Below, one piece after another: positions 18,589 through 28,734 of a stretch of DNA of 64,000 nt. The stretch covers positions 2,176,001 to 2,240,000 of the forward strand of contig OZ223209.1 of the NCBI GenBank assembly GCA_965140415.1, read 5' to 3'. Origin of the DNA: Myxococcota bacterium (lineage in GTDB: Bacteria > Myxococcota_A > SURF-8). Position numbers and translations under genes: made by a program. The notes beneath the pieces were generated by a model, which was not told the origin of the DNA, did no database searches, and saw nothing but the letters and a program-made list of their open reading frames with translations. The stretch's first letter is position 1; every line of letters starts with the position of its first letter.

Positions 18589-20334
18589 CTAGAAGCGCAG
18601 TTCTCCCTGCGTCCGGAAACCGTCCGGGATTTGTAGTGATTGAATCTTTAGATCCTTGATAAAGGCGATTTTCCCTGCGGCCTGGGTTTTCCAAACCTGA
18701 TACTGCTGGTGTAATTGTGTGTTGGGGGAATCCGCAGGCGGCTTCAAGTTTTCCATCGTCTGACCCAGGCGTTGGAAGTCAAGAGCCATATCTCCGGCAA
18801 CTTTGCCGTTGCTTGCCAGGTTCAATTTGCCGGCAGGGTCCAGCACATGATTGATCGCGTCCGTACCGACGGCAACCATGAAGGCTTTACCGATGATACC
18901 CAACTGAACGGGAACGCCGTCGAGGTTCAGGTTCAGGAAATTGTCTCCTGTCGCGGTAGTGATTTCTCCTGCCACTTTGCCCTGTTTCGTCAACATGTCT
19001 TTAAGGGTTTGCAGCAGGTGTTTCGTGCGCGGCACATCTTTGATTCCCGCCATCAAAACCAATTTCGCCAAACCTACCATGTCATTGTCTGTCACGGTGG
19101 AAGCCTGGGTAATGGCAGGCGGCATGGGATTCAAGCCATAGAAAAGCACCGCCATTTCGCCATTGGCGTTCTGAATGAAATCCTTTTCCAGATCCAGCTT
19201 GGTCTGGGTCATCACGTCCTGTTTCCAGGTGGCGAATTGCTTTTTAAAGCGCGGACTGATGGTAAACAGGTGCTTTTTGATGGCATTGAAGTTCACGGTG
19301 CCGTACAGCGTTCCGATCGGATCGGATTTGAGTTTCAGCGCGCTCATGACCGTCGGACCCGAGCGCTGGAAAAAGCCTTTGAATTTGGCGATCTTTTTCT
19401 TATTGCCGATCAGTTCATGTACGAAGGAAACGCCCTGCGGCTTGATGGATACGGCAAAGATCTGACCGCCGAAGCCTTCTGCCATGCCAACGATATCTTC
19501 CAGCATATCCACGTAGGGAGTATTGGCGGAATCGCCCAACTGCTGGCGCAGTTCGGATTGGGCGCGGCGCGCATTCTGTTTGAGATCCTTCACGTAACGC
19601 TTGTAGTTGTTGTAACTGACCAGCGAGGTTTGATTGTCCAGGCGTCCCAGCATTTTGATGAACATGCGGTCGGAGGCCAGACTTTTTGCCTTTTTCAGTT
19701 TCACAACGGAATTCAGGTGCTTGTCGAACTGAGCCGAGTCCTTCGGCTGCCCCATCAGGTAAATCAGTTGATCCTGGATAACGTAGGCCAGATCCACTGC
19801 GCCGGTGCAAAGGCCGTCCTGGCTGAAACCATGGACCGTCAGTTCTCCTACTTTGCGATCCGGGCAGGCTTTGGACTGGGCCATCTGTTCCACCAGATTT
19901 TTCAAGGTGGCCTGCGTTTTTTCGACGTTGGCCGCCCGAGCGACGATCATCGGGACGGAGTCCTGGGAGAGGGAAAAGGCCACACCACCAAAGTCCAGAT
20001 CGAAACCGGCATCGGAGAGTTCTTTTGCGGAAAGCGGGTTGAAGCCCAGACCGCCGCGCAAGGAAAAGATAAATTGTTCGTATCGAAATTCGGGATCGAC
20101 GCTTTTGTATTTTTGCAGAATGGCATCCACCGAAGTGATGGTTTGCCGCAGATCAGCCATGATAACCGAGAAAGAAGCCGCTGCGGGAACATGTCCTGCC
20201 AACTTGGTGTAGGCGGCTTTTTCCTGTTTGGAAATACTTCCGGCACTAGCTGGAGAAACCGAACAGGTCAGCAAAATGAGTAGGAACCATACTGAGAAGC
20301 GGTGAATTTTACGTGTTGAAAATCCGGCGTACAT
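18589..20334 (-). CDS. Exported hypothetical protein (DUF3352-like)
   Basis: GGAGGA RBS, signal peptide ending ASA and coding-like composition. The family call is tentative. Confidence 0.65.
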   Translation of the reverse strand: MYAGFSTRKIHRFSVWFLLILLTCSVSPASAGSISKQEKAAYTKLAGHVPAAASFSVIMADLRQTITSVDAILQKYKSVDPEFRYEQFIFSLRGGLGFNPLSAKELSDAGFDLDFGGVAFSLSQDSVPMIVARAANVEKTQATLKNLVEQMAQSKACPDRKVGELTVHGFSQDGLCTGAVDLAYVIQDQLIYLMGQPKDSAQFDKHLNSVVKLKKAKSLASDRMFIKMLGRLDNQTSLVSYNNYKRYVKDLKQNARRAQSELRQQLGDSANTPYVDMLEDIVGMAEGFGGQIFAVSIKPQGVSFVHELIGNKKKIAKFKGFFQRSGPTVMSALKLKSDPIGTLYGTVNFNAIKKHLFTISPRFKKQFATWKQDVMTQTKLDLEKDFIQNANGEMAVLFYGLNPMPPAITQASTVTDNDMVGLAKLVLMAGIKDVPRTKHLLQTLKDMLTKQGKVAGEITTATGDNFLNLNLDGVPVQLGIIGKAFMVAVGTDAINHVLDPAGKLNLASNGKVAGDMALDFQRLGQTMENLKPPADSPNTQLHQQYQVWKTQAAGKIAFIKDLKIQSLQIPDGFRTQGELRF

Positions 20335-20354
20335 ACAATCCTCCGAAAGTCGTT

Positions 20355-21839
20355 CTAATACTCCGTACAGCCTCGGCACAGAGAGGTGAATTCGTCTAGC
20401 GCCCGGCGTTTTTCTTCGCCATCCAGAAATCGTATAATTGATCCGTTATCGGACGACCCGTCCATCCGAACCGGTTTGAAGTCGTAACCGGCGATCCCCA
20501 TTTTGGTTAAGGAGACCGAAAAGATCAAGCTTTCTTTTCCTTTCTCCGAGGATGTGGAATTCAAATTTCCGGCGGAGAACAGGATCAATTTGTTCTTCTG
20601 TTCTACAATTGGTTGAATTTCTTCAGGATGTTGACCCAGAACCAGGGACGCATTGGCTTGCAGCGCAAGATCCGCAGCGCGTCGCTGAATGAATGTGGGG
20701 CAAGCTTCTTCGGATTGTGGCCAGTGCAGCATAACGATGACGTAGTCCGTAACTGCTTGAAGTTGCTTGATATCTTTCTGGATGCGCTTTTCGTAGTTTA
20801 AAAACGAAATCGTGGTCACATCGTTGGTCGCCATGCCAACGGCTTCTTTTACTGCGGTCGTCCAGGATCGGCTTTGCTCCTCGACCAGGGAATAGCCGAT
20901 GAATCCCAGTCGAATGCCCTTTGTTTCAATGGCAACCGCCGCCGCTTTCGCTGCATTAGCTATAGTAGGCCGAAGGTAACGAATCTTGTGCGCCGACAAT
21001 TCCCGGCGAAAGGCGTCGATCGTGCTGCGGCTGCTTTCCCAGAATTCGGGGGAGAGCAGAACCAGCAGGTCATATCCCATAAACTCCAGTAATTTCGCAC
21101 TTCCAGCAGCGGCCACTTCCCCGCCGGACTGTCGCCCGGAAATCGCACCGATTAATAAATCCGTGCCGGCCAGCTTCGTTTTCAGGTTCTGTTTTCTAGA
21201 ATCGCTTTTATAGCGGTCGACAATTATGGCACCAGTATAGGAGAGCACGAGATTCTGCGCCGATGTGCCCTTCAGTTGGTTATCCGACATCAAGAGCCGG
21301 GGTTGATCGCCTCCCGCGTTCGGTTGCGCCCGATAGGTGATGAAAAGAGACTGAATCACCTGTTTTTTTCCGATTGTGTTCTCGGTGTAACGCAAATTCA
21401 CACGGCTGTGTTCGGAGGTCCAGACCATGTCGGAATAGGAACGCTGGGAAAAGGGCGACTCGATGGGACGTTCGCCGTTTTCCAGTTGCCCGGCTGCGCC
21501 GAATTGCTGGTTCAATGCGGAGAATACTCGCGAAAACAGTTCTTTATCCGGGCGCTTGAAGTCGATTTCGACTTCGTAAAGATGATTGGATTTGAAACTG
21601 TAATAAACACGTGCAGGCGCTTGGAGAACGGGTTGATCCTTGCAGAAGCGGGCGATACGGGTACGCTGGAAGGCGTCCAATCCACTGTAGCTGCGCACCA
21701 GTCCGCGTTCGGTGCTCGACAGCACCCGGTAAGAGACTCCCCAGGGGTAGGGATCTTTAAACGACCAGCCCCACGCAACATTCGTTGCGCATAGCAGAAG
21801 AAGCAGTAAAATCCATTGAAAATAGCGCTTGCTCATCAT
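20355..21839 (-). CDS. Exported protein with degenerate CapA/PgsA-like metallophosphoesterase domain
   Basis: Signal peptide. C-terminal GIRLGFIGY, DYVIVMLHW, LVLGQHP and FSAGN resemble CapA. Confidence 0.7.
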   Translation of the reverse strand: MMSKRYFQWILLLLLLCATNVAWGWSFKDPYPWGVSYRVLSSTERGLVRSYSGLDAFQRTRIARFCKDQPVLQAPARVYYSFKSNHLYEVEIDFKRPDKELFSRVFSALNQQFGAAGQLENGERPIESPFSQRSYSDMVWTSEHSRVNLRYTENTIGKKQVIQSLFITYRAQPNAGGDQPRLLMSDNQLKGTSAQNLVLSYTGAIIVDRYKSDSRKQNLKTKLAGTDLLIGAISGRQSGGEVAAAGSAKLLEFMGYDLLVLLSPEFWESSRSTIDAFRRELSAHKIRYLRPTIANAAKAAAVAIETKGIRLGFIGYSLVEEQSRSWTTAVKEAVGMATNDVTTISFLNYEKRIQKDIKQLQAVTDYVIVMLHWPQSEEACPTFIQRRAADLALQANASLVLGQHPEEIQPIVEQKNKLILFSAGNLNSTSSEKGKESLIFSVSLTKMGIAGYDFKPVRMDGSSDNGSIIRFLDGEEKRRALDEFTSLCRGCTEY

Positions 21840-21931
21840 CCACGCTTTTGATATGACAAAACCTGTGATTCATCCCACCATTGGGTGTCGGTGATAGCCA
21901 AATTGTATACCACATTCCCGATCGATATGAA

Positions 21932-23602
21932 ATGAGAACCCGTACTTTTTTCCTTTGCGTTGCAATTATCCTGTGTTTGTCCGGCGCTTTCGCTTATGCG
22001 AATGAGCGCACGGTTGTCAACGAAGATGTGGCGCAAGAACAGATTCGCCTGCTTTATTCCAGCCGCTTGAGCTTCGACGACAAGGGCGTACCTCTAGTTG
22101 GTGTGGGTTTGATGGATGGGCTGGACAAGCTTGAAATCACGGCGGAAGCGGACCTGCAAGCCACCGTATACAATCACAAAACGCGAAAGGTTTCCATCGG
22201 GGCGAGCGGTATATTGACGCTGCGTTTACGGGAATCGGCACCGGGGCGCACCGTTGATCACGTGGTGGTGGATTCGATCGCCCAGCGGGACCGGGAGGAG
22301 CTGACGGATCTCGTTCAGATCTGGAAGAACCAGGGCGTGCCGACTACGATTCTGCGTATCGGCTCGATTCTTTCCCTGCAAGGGGAGATCGTCAACAACG
22401 TGCGTTTTCTGCTGGTCGCCGGGACGTACTACGATGAGAAAAGCGCGACTGCGCACCGCGACCGCCTGAACGGACGATTCGACACCAAAGCGTATCTTTT
22501 CCGACAAATCGAGACCATGCCATCCGGCGTGATCGAGGTGCTGGATGCCGAAGGGCGGCTGTTGGTCGAAAGTCGCAATCTGCTGCGATTAACCAGAACC
22601 GGGCAGGGGCCGATCTTCGTACCCAATTGTACTCACAACCAGGGTTTTCATAATGAAGGCGTTTCCAATCGCTCTTTTTCCGGCAGTTTGTACGTGACTC
22701 TGGATCGAAACGGAAAACTGGCGCTGGGAAACGCGATTACGATTGAAGAAGTCTTAAAGGGCACCGTGCCCAGCGAAATCTTTCCTTCCGCGCCGATGGA
22801 TGCCTTGAAGGCCCAGGCGGTTGCGGCGCGCGGGCAATTGCTGGCGAAACTGGGAGTAAGGCATCTGGCCGATCCTTTCCACATCTGCGCGAGTCAGCAT
22901 TGTCAGGTGTACCATGGCGCCAACGGCCACACTGCCAGGACGGACCAGGCTGTCGAGCAGACGCGCGGGCAGTTCTTGTTCGGTGGGGAAGGGTTGGTGG
23001 ATACCGTTTACAGCGCCAGTTCCGGCGGGTATACGGAGAATAACGAGTCGGTCTGGCCGCAGATCGCCAATCCGAACCTGCGCGGCAAGCTGGACGGTCC
23101 CGAGGATCGCCGATTCTCCAAGGGGATTACGGAAAGCAATTTGGATGCTTTCCTGGATTCTCCGCCGGTCGTGTACTCCAGCGGCTCGGGATACAACCAG
23201 GAAGCGTTTCGCTGGACGCGCTCCTATAGCGCCGCGCAGATTTCTTCTCTTGTCAACCGAAGCTACAATCTGGGTCGCATTCTGGAATTGAAACCATTAC
23301 GTCGTGGCGTTTCGGGGCGCGTGAACGAGTTGGAAATCATCGGCAGCGAGAAGTCTCAGGTGGTTCATGGCGAGTTGCGCATCCGGCGCTTGCTCGGCGA
23401 TCTGCGCTCCTCGCTGATCCGCATCCGCATTCACTACGGCGAAAACGGCGAGCCGCGCCGGTTCATCATCGACGGTGCAGGCTTTGGGCATGGCGTGGGA
23501 TTGTGCCAGACCGGCGCGATAGGCCGGGCGCTGGTCGGTCAGAGCTACGAAACAATTCTGAAACACTATTACGGCAACAGCCGGTTGAAAACGCTGTACT
23601 AA
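21932..23602 (+). CDS. SpoIID/LytB-domain peptidoglycan lytic transglycosylase
   Basis: EEVLKGTVPSE, ALKAQAVAAR, CQVY, GFGHGVGLCQ.GA and ILKHYY. Confidence 0.92.
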   Translation: MRTRTFFLCVAIILCLSGAFAYANERTVVNEDVAQEQIRLLYSSRLSFDDKGVPLVGVGLMDGLDKLEITAEADLQATVYNHKTRKVSIGASGILTLRLRESAPGRTVDHVVVDSIAQRDREELTDLVQIWKNQGVPTTILRIGSILSLQGEIVNNVRFLLVAGTYYDEKSATAHRDRLNGRFDTKAYLFRQIETMPSGVIEVLDAEGRLLVESRNLLRLTRTGQGPIFVPNCTHNQGFHNEGVSNRSFSGSLYVTLDRNGKLALGNAITIEEVLKGTVPSEIFPSAPMDALKAQAVAARGQLLAKLGVRHLADPFHICASQHCQVYHGANGHTARTDQAVEQTRGQFLFGGEGLVDTVYSASSGGYTENNESVWPQIANPNLRGKLDGPEDRRFSKGITESNLDAFLDSPPVVYSSGSGYNQEAFRWTRSYSAAQISSLVNRSYNLGRILELKPLRRGVSGRVNELEIIGSEKSQVVHGELRIRRLLGDLRSSLIRIRIHYGENGEPRRFIIDGAGFGHGVGLCQTGAIGRALVGQSYETILKHYYGNSRLKTLY

Positions 23603-23613
23603 GGGATAAAGTC

Positions 23614-24477
23614 ATGGACATTGCATTGGATTGCCTGCCCTGTTTTTTAAAGCAGACCATTTCATTGACCAAACGCTTACAACTTTCCCCGGAAAACGCC
23701 AAGGTCACGCTGCGGCGCGTGCTTGGTGAACTGGAGCAGTTCGAGTCGCACGCGGTGACGACAACCATGGCTCGCAGGTTGAATCTCATTATCCGGGAGC
23801 AGTCGGGTTTACCCGATCCGTATGCGGAAGAAAAGCAGCGCGTCAATGCCTGGATGATGCAGATCGTGCAAGATCTGAAAGCCAAGGACGACGGCTGGCG
23901 GGATTTTCATCGGGCGGCGCGCTTGGCGGTAGCCGGAAACGTCATCGATCTGGGCGCGTTTCCCGATCTGAACCGGGAACGTATTCTGCAAACCTTGCAG
24001 GATGTTTCCGGCGCGGTGTTCGTGCGCGACGACAGCGCGTTGTTGCAGGAGAAAGTTCAACAGGCAAAGCGGATTCTGTACATCGGCGACAATGCCGGGG
24101 AAATCGTCTTCGACAAGCTGTTTATCTCGCTCTTTCCAGAAGGTAAAACCACCTTTGCCGTCCGTGGTGGTCCCGTGCTGAACGACGCCACCCGCAAGGA
24201 TGCTGCGCAGGTGCAGATGGAGGACGTTGCCACGATAATCGATACCGGCGCGGAGCTGCCCGGAGTCGTATTGGAGGAATCCTCGCAGGAATTCCAAACC
24301 GCCTTCAACGAGGCCGATTTGATTATTTCGAAAGGGCAGGGGAACTACGAATCGCTTCATGATGTTTCGAATCGCCCCATTGTGTACATGCTGATGGCCA
24401 AGTGCGCGCGGGTCGCCGGGGAATTCGACTGTCCCATTGCAAGTTATCTGATTACCGCCACACGCGCCGAAGGATGA
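23614..24477 (+). CDS. DUF89/ARMT1-like damage-control phosphatase
   Basis: DCLPC, DPY..EK, GNVID, DNAGEIVFD, NDAT and KGQGNYESL. Confidence 0.92.
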   Translation: MDIALDCLPCFLKQTISLTKRLQLSPENAKVTLRRVLGELEQFESHAVTTTMARRLNLIIREQSGLPDPYAEEKQRVNAWMMQIVQDLKAKDDGWRDFHRAARLAVAGNVIDLGAFPDLNRERILQTLQDVSGAVFVRDDSALLQEKVQQAKRILYIGDNAGEIVFDKLFISLFPEGKTTFAVRGGPVLNDATRKDAAQVQMEDVATIIDTGAELPGVVLEESSQEFQTAFNEADLIISKGQGNYESLHDVSNRPIVYMLMAKCARVAGEFDCPIASYLITATRAEG

Positions 24478-24491
24478 TGCTATAGGTGGGT

Positions 24492-25271
24492 TCAGGGTTT
24501 CAACGCTCGGGTGGCGAAAAAGCTGGGGCAGTGGTTATCCATGGGTTCCTCGGAATTGCGCGCACCCCAGTAGTCCTCGTAAAAGCCGATCAGGTGAAAT
24601 CCGGCGGCCAGTTGCCCGCCGAGTTGGGTTTCCAGCGTATGACTGAATTCCACCGGTGAATCCTTGCCGAACCAGCGAATGCGGTCCTCTTCCGAAATGC
24701 TGGTAAGATCCGAATAGGGTTGCTGATGCCGTAATTGCAGCACGCCTTTTCTGCGCTGGTCTTCATCGAACAGGAAGGTGATCGGGTAGGCCATTCCCGC
24801 AATCAAGCTGCCGCCATGGCGCAGCACGCGGAAGGCTTCTTTCCAGACCGGCAGGACATCCGCCGCAAAACAGTTGCTCACCGGATGAACGATGAAGTCG
24901 AAACTCTCATCTTTAAAGGCCGACAAATCCGCCATGTCGCCCTGTACGCAGCGAATGTCCAGCCTGTCCCGTTTAGACACCATGCGATCCCGATCCAGTT
25001 GGCTGGGGCAATTGTCGAAGACCGTCACTCGCGCTCCGGCGGCTGCCAGTATCGGTCCCTGCTGACCGCCGCCCGAAGCCAGGCAGAGCACGTTGCTGCC
25101 TTTCAATTCGGGGTACCAGTCCTTCGGGACTTTTTTCACAGGAGTCAACACCAGCGACCAGTCGCCGTTTCTGGCGGCGGCGATCTGTTCCGAAGTCACG
25201 GGAATGGTCCAGGGATTGCCTTGCTCGACTTCCAGGTTCCAGGCGTTGCGATTGTGTTCGAGAATGTCCAT
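24492..25271 (-). CDS. Class I SAM-dependent methyltransferase
   Basis: VLCLASGGGQQ, GDM.DL..F.DESFD and RVLR.GG motifs. Confidence 0.92.
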   Translation of the reverse strand: MDILEHNRNAWNLEVEQGNPWTIPVTSEQIAAARNGDWSLVLTPVKKVPKDWYPELKGSNVLCLASGGGQQGPILAAAGARVTVFDNCPSQLDRDRMVSKRDRLDIRCVQGDMADLSAFKDESFDFIVHPVSNCFAADVLPVWKEAFRVLRHGGSLIAGMAYPITFLFDEDQRRKGVLQLRHQQPYSDLTSISEEDRIRWFGKDSPVEFSHTLETQLGGQLAAGFHLIGFYEDYWGARNSEEPMDNHCPSFFATRALKP

Positions 25272-25815
25272 TATATTCTGCCTTTATGCTTCGAGGCTCA
25301 TTATTCTGCAAGAGGGCGCTTGAAGCGCTTGTAAATTTCTCCGGCCATCATGCTGGAGCGTTCGATCATTTCATCAGGAAAGATTGTCTTGTTTATCCTA
25401 TCCGAAAGGCGTGATGAGCCAAGCTTTTTTTAGACGTGTAGCGAAAGGTGAAAGGAAGGCAGGTCAACCGACCGAGTCTGCCTATTATCGAGTACGAAGT
25501 GGATGCCTTGAATCGTCGTAGTGGCAGGTTCGAGGATGGGGTTGCCCGCTCCGATGGAGCGTGGCCCCCGCCATGTTCTGCATGTTTTGGTCGGGTCTCC
25601 TGACCCGACACCTATCCTTCTACTGGAGAATGAACCTCGTCTTGTTACACATGTTTCCCGCATTCAGCATTCAGTTTCAACTAGACTTCTCCATCCCTGT
25701 CTGATAGAATTTCACAAAATTACAAACAATGTCAGGTAAAGCGTTGCGGTGCATGCAAGTGGGGTTGTATAGCATGCTGGTTATACTTCCATCCAAAATG
25801 AAGGAGAAGGATGAC

Positions 25816-26634
25816 ATGCGATTTCAAGCGATGATTTTAAGCGCAGGGATTCTGGTTTTGCTGATCTTGTCCGCCTGTTCCAGTGACTCCGATGCAGGAA
25901 ATATCGCGAAGGAATTGGCGGATCGGTTGACTGACGCTCTGGATTTCGATGGTGGCGATGTCGTTGATGAACTGCCTCCCGATGAACATGCCGGGGATAA
26001 TGCCTATCCGCAGATGCAGGCTGTTTCTGGTCCAAACTCCCTTGCGGAAGGTGCCTCTTTTGTTTTAACGCTCACTGGCGCGTCTGACGCAACGGAAATG
26101 ATTTCCGGTGCCGCACTTTACGTTGAACCGGCGGACAAGCATATCCGAGTCGAGAAAAGCGCCGGTGCAGACGGAGTGCTGGAACTGACGGCGACGTTTA
26201 CCGGAGGCTCCGAATTGCAGGGAGAAGAGTTCAGTATTAAGTGTGCCTTGCTGGATGCGGATGGCTTGGCGGGAAACTACCTGGTATGGGAAACCAGCGT
26301 GCCCAAGGAAAACAATGAAGAGAGTTACAACTGCGAAGAAAACGGATTCGATTGTACGGATGAACGCGCCGATCAAGTGAACGCAGAGTTTGAAAATGCC
26401 TTCAATGTCTGTGAACCGGGATGTGCGGATCAGCCAGATGCCTGTGTCTGCGCGTGCTATACGGATTATTTCGATGCGGTGACGCAAGTGGAACACGAAG
26501 AGTGTTTTGGTTGCTTGCGCTATGCAGAAGGTATTTCGGATACGCCGGAAACTGCACGTCAGGAAGCTGCCGAGGGCTGGGTAGGGCTCCAAGACGTTGT
26601 GGATGTTGTTTGTCAGGAGGAAGCCGCCCGCTGA
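25816..26634 (+). CDS. Hypothetical lipoprotein with Cys-rich C-terminus
   Basis: AAGGAG/AGGA RBS, lipobox LSAC, acidic sequence and about 9 Cys in the C-terminal part. Confidence 0.75.
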   Translation: MRFQAMILSAGILVLLILSACSSDSDAGNIAKELADRLTDALDFDGGDVVDELPPDEHAGDNAYPQMQAVSGPNSLAEGASFVLTLTGASDATEMISGAALYVEPADKHIRVEKSAGADGVLELTATFTGGSELQGEEFSIKCALLDADGLAGNYLVWETSVPKENNEESYNCEENGFDCTDERADQVNAEFENAFNVCEPGCADQPDACVCACYTDYFDAVTQVEHEECFGCLRYAEGISDTPETARQEAAEGWVGLQDVVDVVCQEEAAR

Positions 26635-26710
26635 TAGTGTAACCCTGATTTGGGTTTATGGGGGGGACGACGGGTGGCCTTGACAAGCCGTGACCGTTGA
26701 AAACACGAAT

Positions 26711-26799
26711 GTGTGGCATGGGCTAAGCGCAGCTTGCCCATGGGCTTTAATATGAACACGGACAAGCTCCATTTCACTCCGCTTTGACACGTACCACCC
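26711..26799 (+). repeat. REP-like palindromic element
   Basis: GTGTGGCATGGGCTAAGC-GCA-GCTTGCCCATG...CACGGACAAGCTCC...CCACCC; co-linear with the 17873 copy. Confidence 0.8.
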
Positions 26800-26857
26800 A
26801 TTTTTTCAGGTCGCCCTTCACCTAACCTAAAATCAGGTACCCCGGCTTTCTCAGATT

Positions 26858-26902
26858 CACAAGTGGTCACAACCGGCCACAAGTAACCACAACTAGCCAC
26901 AA
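26858..26902. repeat. Five CACAA motifs at exact 10-bp period
   Basis: CACAA starts at 26858, 26868, 26878, 26888 and 26898. Confidence 0.7.
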
Positions 26903-27159
26903 CCAACCGGTGACACACAGTAAAAAACCGGAATTGACATGGCAAACGCGCAGATGGGCCTGTCGGCCAGCTTTGAACCGTTTATTTACGAATGATGCTG
27001 AAATCCAAGTGGTCATCTACGGTCATTTAGTGTGGTTTTCGTACGTGTGGTGCCACTTCGTGTAACAGCCGGGCTGCTCGGGTGATTTTTCCCGACAATT
27101 CACATTAGACGGCGGACGCGCTGCATCCGACCTGTGGGTGGCTTAACCTTACGAAAAGA

Positions 27160-27768
27160 TTAGAAATAGTAGTGGATGGCCATGCCGCCTAGCAGGTTGT
27201 CTCCGCTGATACCGACAGCAAAACCCTGTTGGAACCGCACGGTAATGCCCAAATCCGCACTGATGGCGAAGTTGTCCATCAAAAAGATTTCGGGAGACAG
27301 ACCCAGCCCAACGGCGATTCCGAAGTTGGAGTTGTACGGTCCTTCCGGATGGTCCAGCGTGGCGCTTTGCTTTTGGATATGCAAAGTCAGAAATAGGCCG
27401 AAGTTGGCGTTTTCGGTTTTGGCGAAGTTGTAAATGCCTTTCAGATCCAGCGCGAAAGCCCAGAAACCGGAAGTGTCTTCGACGTCGGAATCGATGGTAG
27501 CTTCGGCATTGGCATACATGAAACCGATCACACCGGCGATGGCCCAGTCGTTATTGATCCAGTATTTCAGCGAAATACCCAGCTGCGGCGATTTCTTGCT
27601 GTTCGGAGTTGAGTCCACGCTTCCGATTCCGAGCGTTTCAGCACTAAGGGTATTATCAAGACCCAATCCGAAACGACCGGCGACATCCTTTGCCTGAGCG
27701 GCGGAAGTCCAAAGCAGGCTGAGTCCCAAAACAAGCAGGACAATAGATACACGATGGCTTCTGTACAT
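27160..27768 (-). CDS. Small outer-membrane beta-barrel protein
   Basis: Signal peptide (AQA), alternating amphipathic beta-strands and C-terminal HYYF. Confidence 0.8.
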   Translation of the reverse strand: MYRSHRVSIVLLVLGLSLLWTSAAQAKDVAGRFGLGLDNTLSAETLGIGSVDSTPNSKKSPQLGISLKYWINNDWAIAGVIGFMYANAEATIDSDVEDTSGFWAFALDLKGIYNFAKTENANFGLFLTLHIQKQSATLDHPEGPYNSNFGIAVGLGLSPEIFLMDNFAISADLGITVRFQQGFAVGISGDNLLGGMAIHYYF

Positions 27769-28091
27769 GCGGTTCCTCGCTACGCAAATGTCCGAATTCC
27801 ACAAGATCCGGGGGACTATAGCCCACTGCCGGGACCGAAGTAAAGAATTTTCCTGTAGGTCTTTTTCATAACAAGAAAGAATGGGAAACATTCATTGATT
27901 TTCTTGATCCGAACCCGTATAGTCTTCAACCAATCGGATACGGGACGAATCGGGAGGCTCTTTGCCCGGTTCGAGTGACAGTTCATGTGGGCATCTGCGA
28001 TCTCAAGGTGGTGTGCCCCGCATCGCAGCTTGGCGTCGGATTCCGGCGCGGGGTACGAGCGAAGGTTCTCGTACAAAATGGAGGAAGAAGC

Positions 28092-28733
28092 ATGTCGAAT
28101 TCGAATGGTACAGACCGTGGAAAAGCGTGTACGATCTGGTTTACCGGATTAAGCGGCGCAGGTAAAACGACGTCCAGCTCGATTGTGGTGGACTATATCC
28201 GCTCGTTGGGATTGAAGATCGAACACTTAGACGGTGATGTGATTCGAACGAATCTGAGTAAAGGATTGGGATTTTCGAAGGAAGACCGGGACACCAACAT
28301 TCTGCGCATCGGCTGGGTCTGCGAAGTGCTTACGCGCAACGGCGTTTTCGCCTGTGCCTCGGCCATTTCGCCATATAAATCTATCCGCCAGCAAATTCGC
28401 AGTAAAATCGGTGACTTCGTGATGGTGCACTGCGATGCGCCCTTGGATGTTTTGGAAGCTCGCGATGTAAAGGGCTTATATAAGAAGGCGCGTGCCGGAG
28501 AAATCAAAAACTTCACCGGGGTCAACGATCCTTATGAAAAGCCGGAAACACCGGAAGTGCTGGTGTGTTCGGATGGCTCGGAAACTCCCGAGCAGAGCGC
28601 CGCCAAGGTGATTCGTACTCTGGAACTATTGGGATACATTCCCGCCGTGCGTGGAAAAGATCCGGTAAACGAAAAAATGGAACGCGAAATCCGCGACCGG
28701 CTGGAACAGCTTGGAAAGAAAACGGTATTATAG
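28092..28733 (+). CDS. cysC: Adenylyl-sulfate kinase
   Basis: WFTGLSGAGKTT, LDGD.IR, LGFSKEDRD.N, RDVKGLY.KA and FTG..DPYE.P. Confidence 0.95.
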   Translation: MSNSNGTDRGKACTIWFTGLSGAGKTTSSSIVVDYIRSLGLKIEHLDGDVIRTNLSKGLGFSKEDRDTNILRIGWVCEVLTRNGVFACASAISPYKSIRQQIRSKIGDFVMVHCDAPLDVLEARDVKGLYKKARAGEIKNFTGVNDPYEKPETPEVLVCSDGSETPEQSAAKVIRTLELLGYIPAVRGKDPVNEKMEREIRDRLEQLGKKTVL

Positions 28734-28734
28734 C

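Noticed and set aside
18715-20283. 522-aa plus-strand ORF
   Set aside because: Antisense to the gene with signal peptide and RBS at 18589-20334. No recognisable features.
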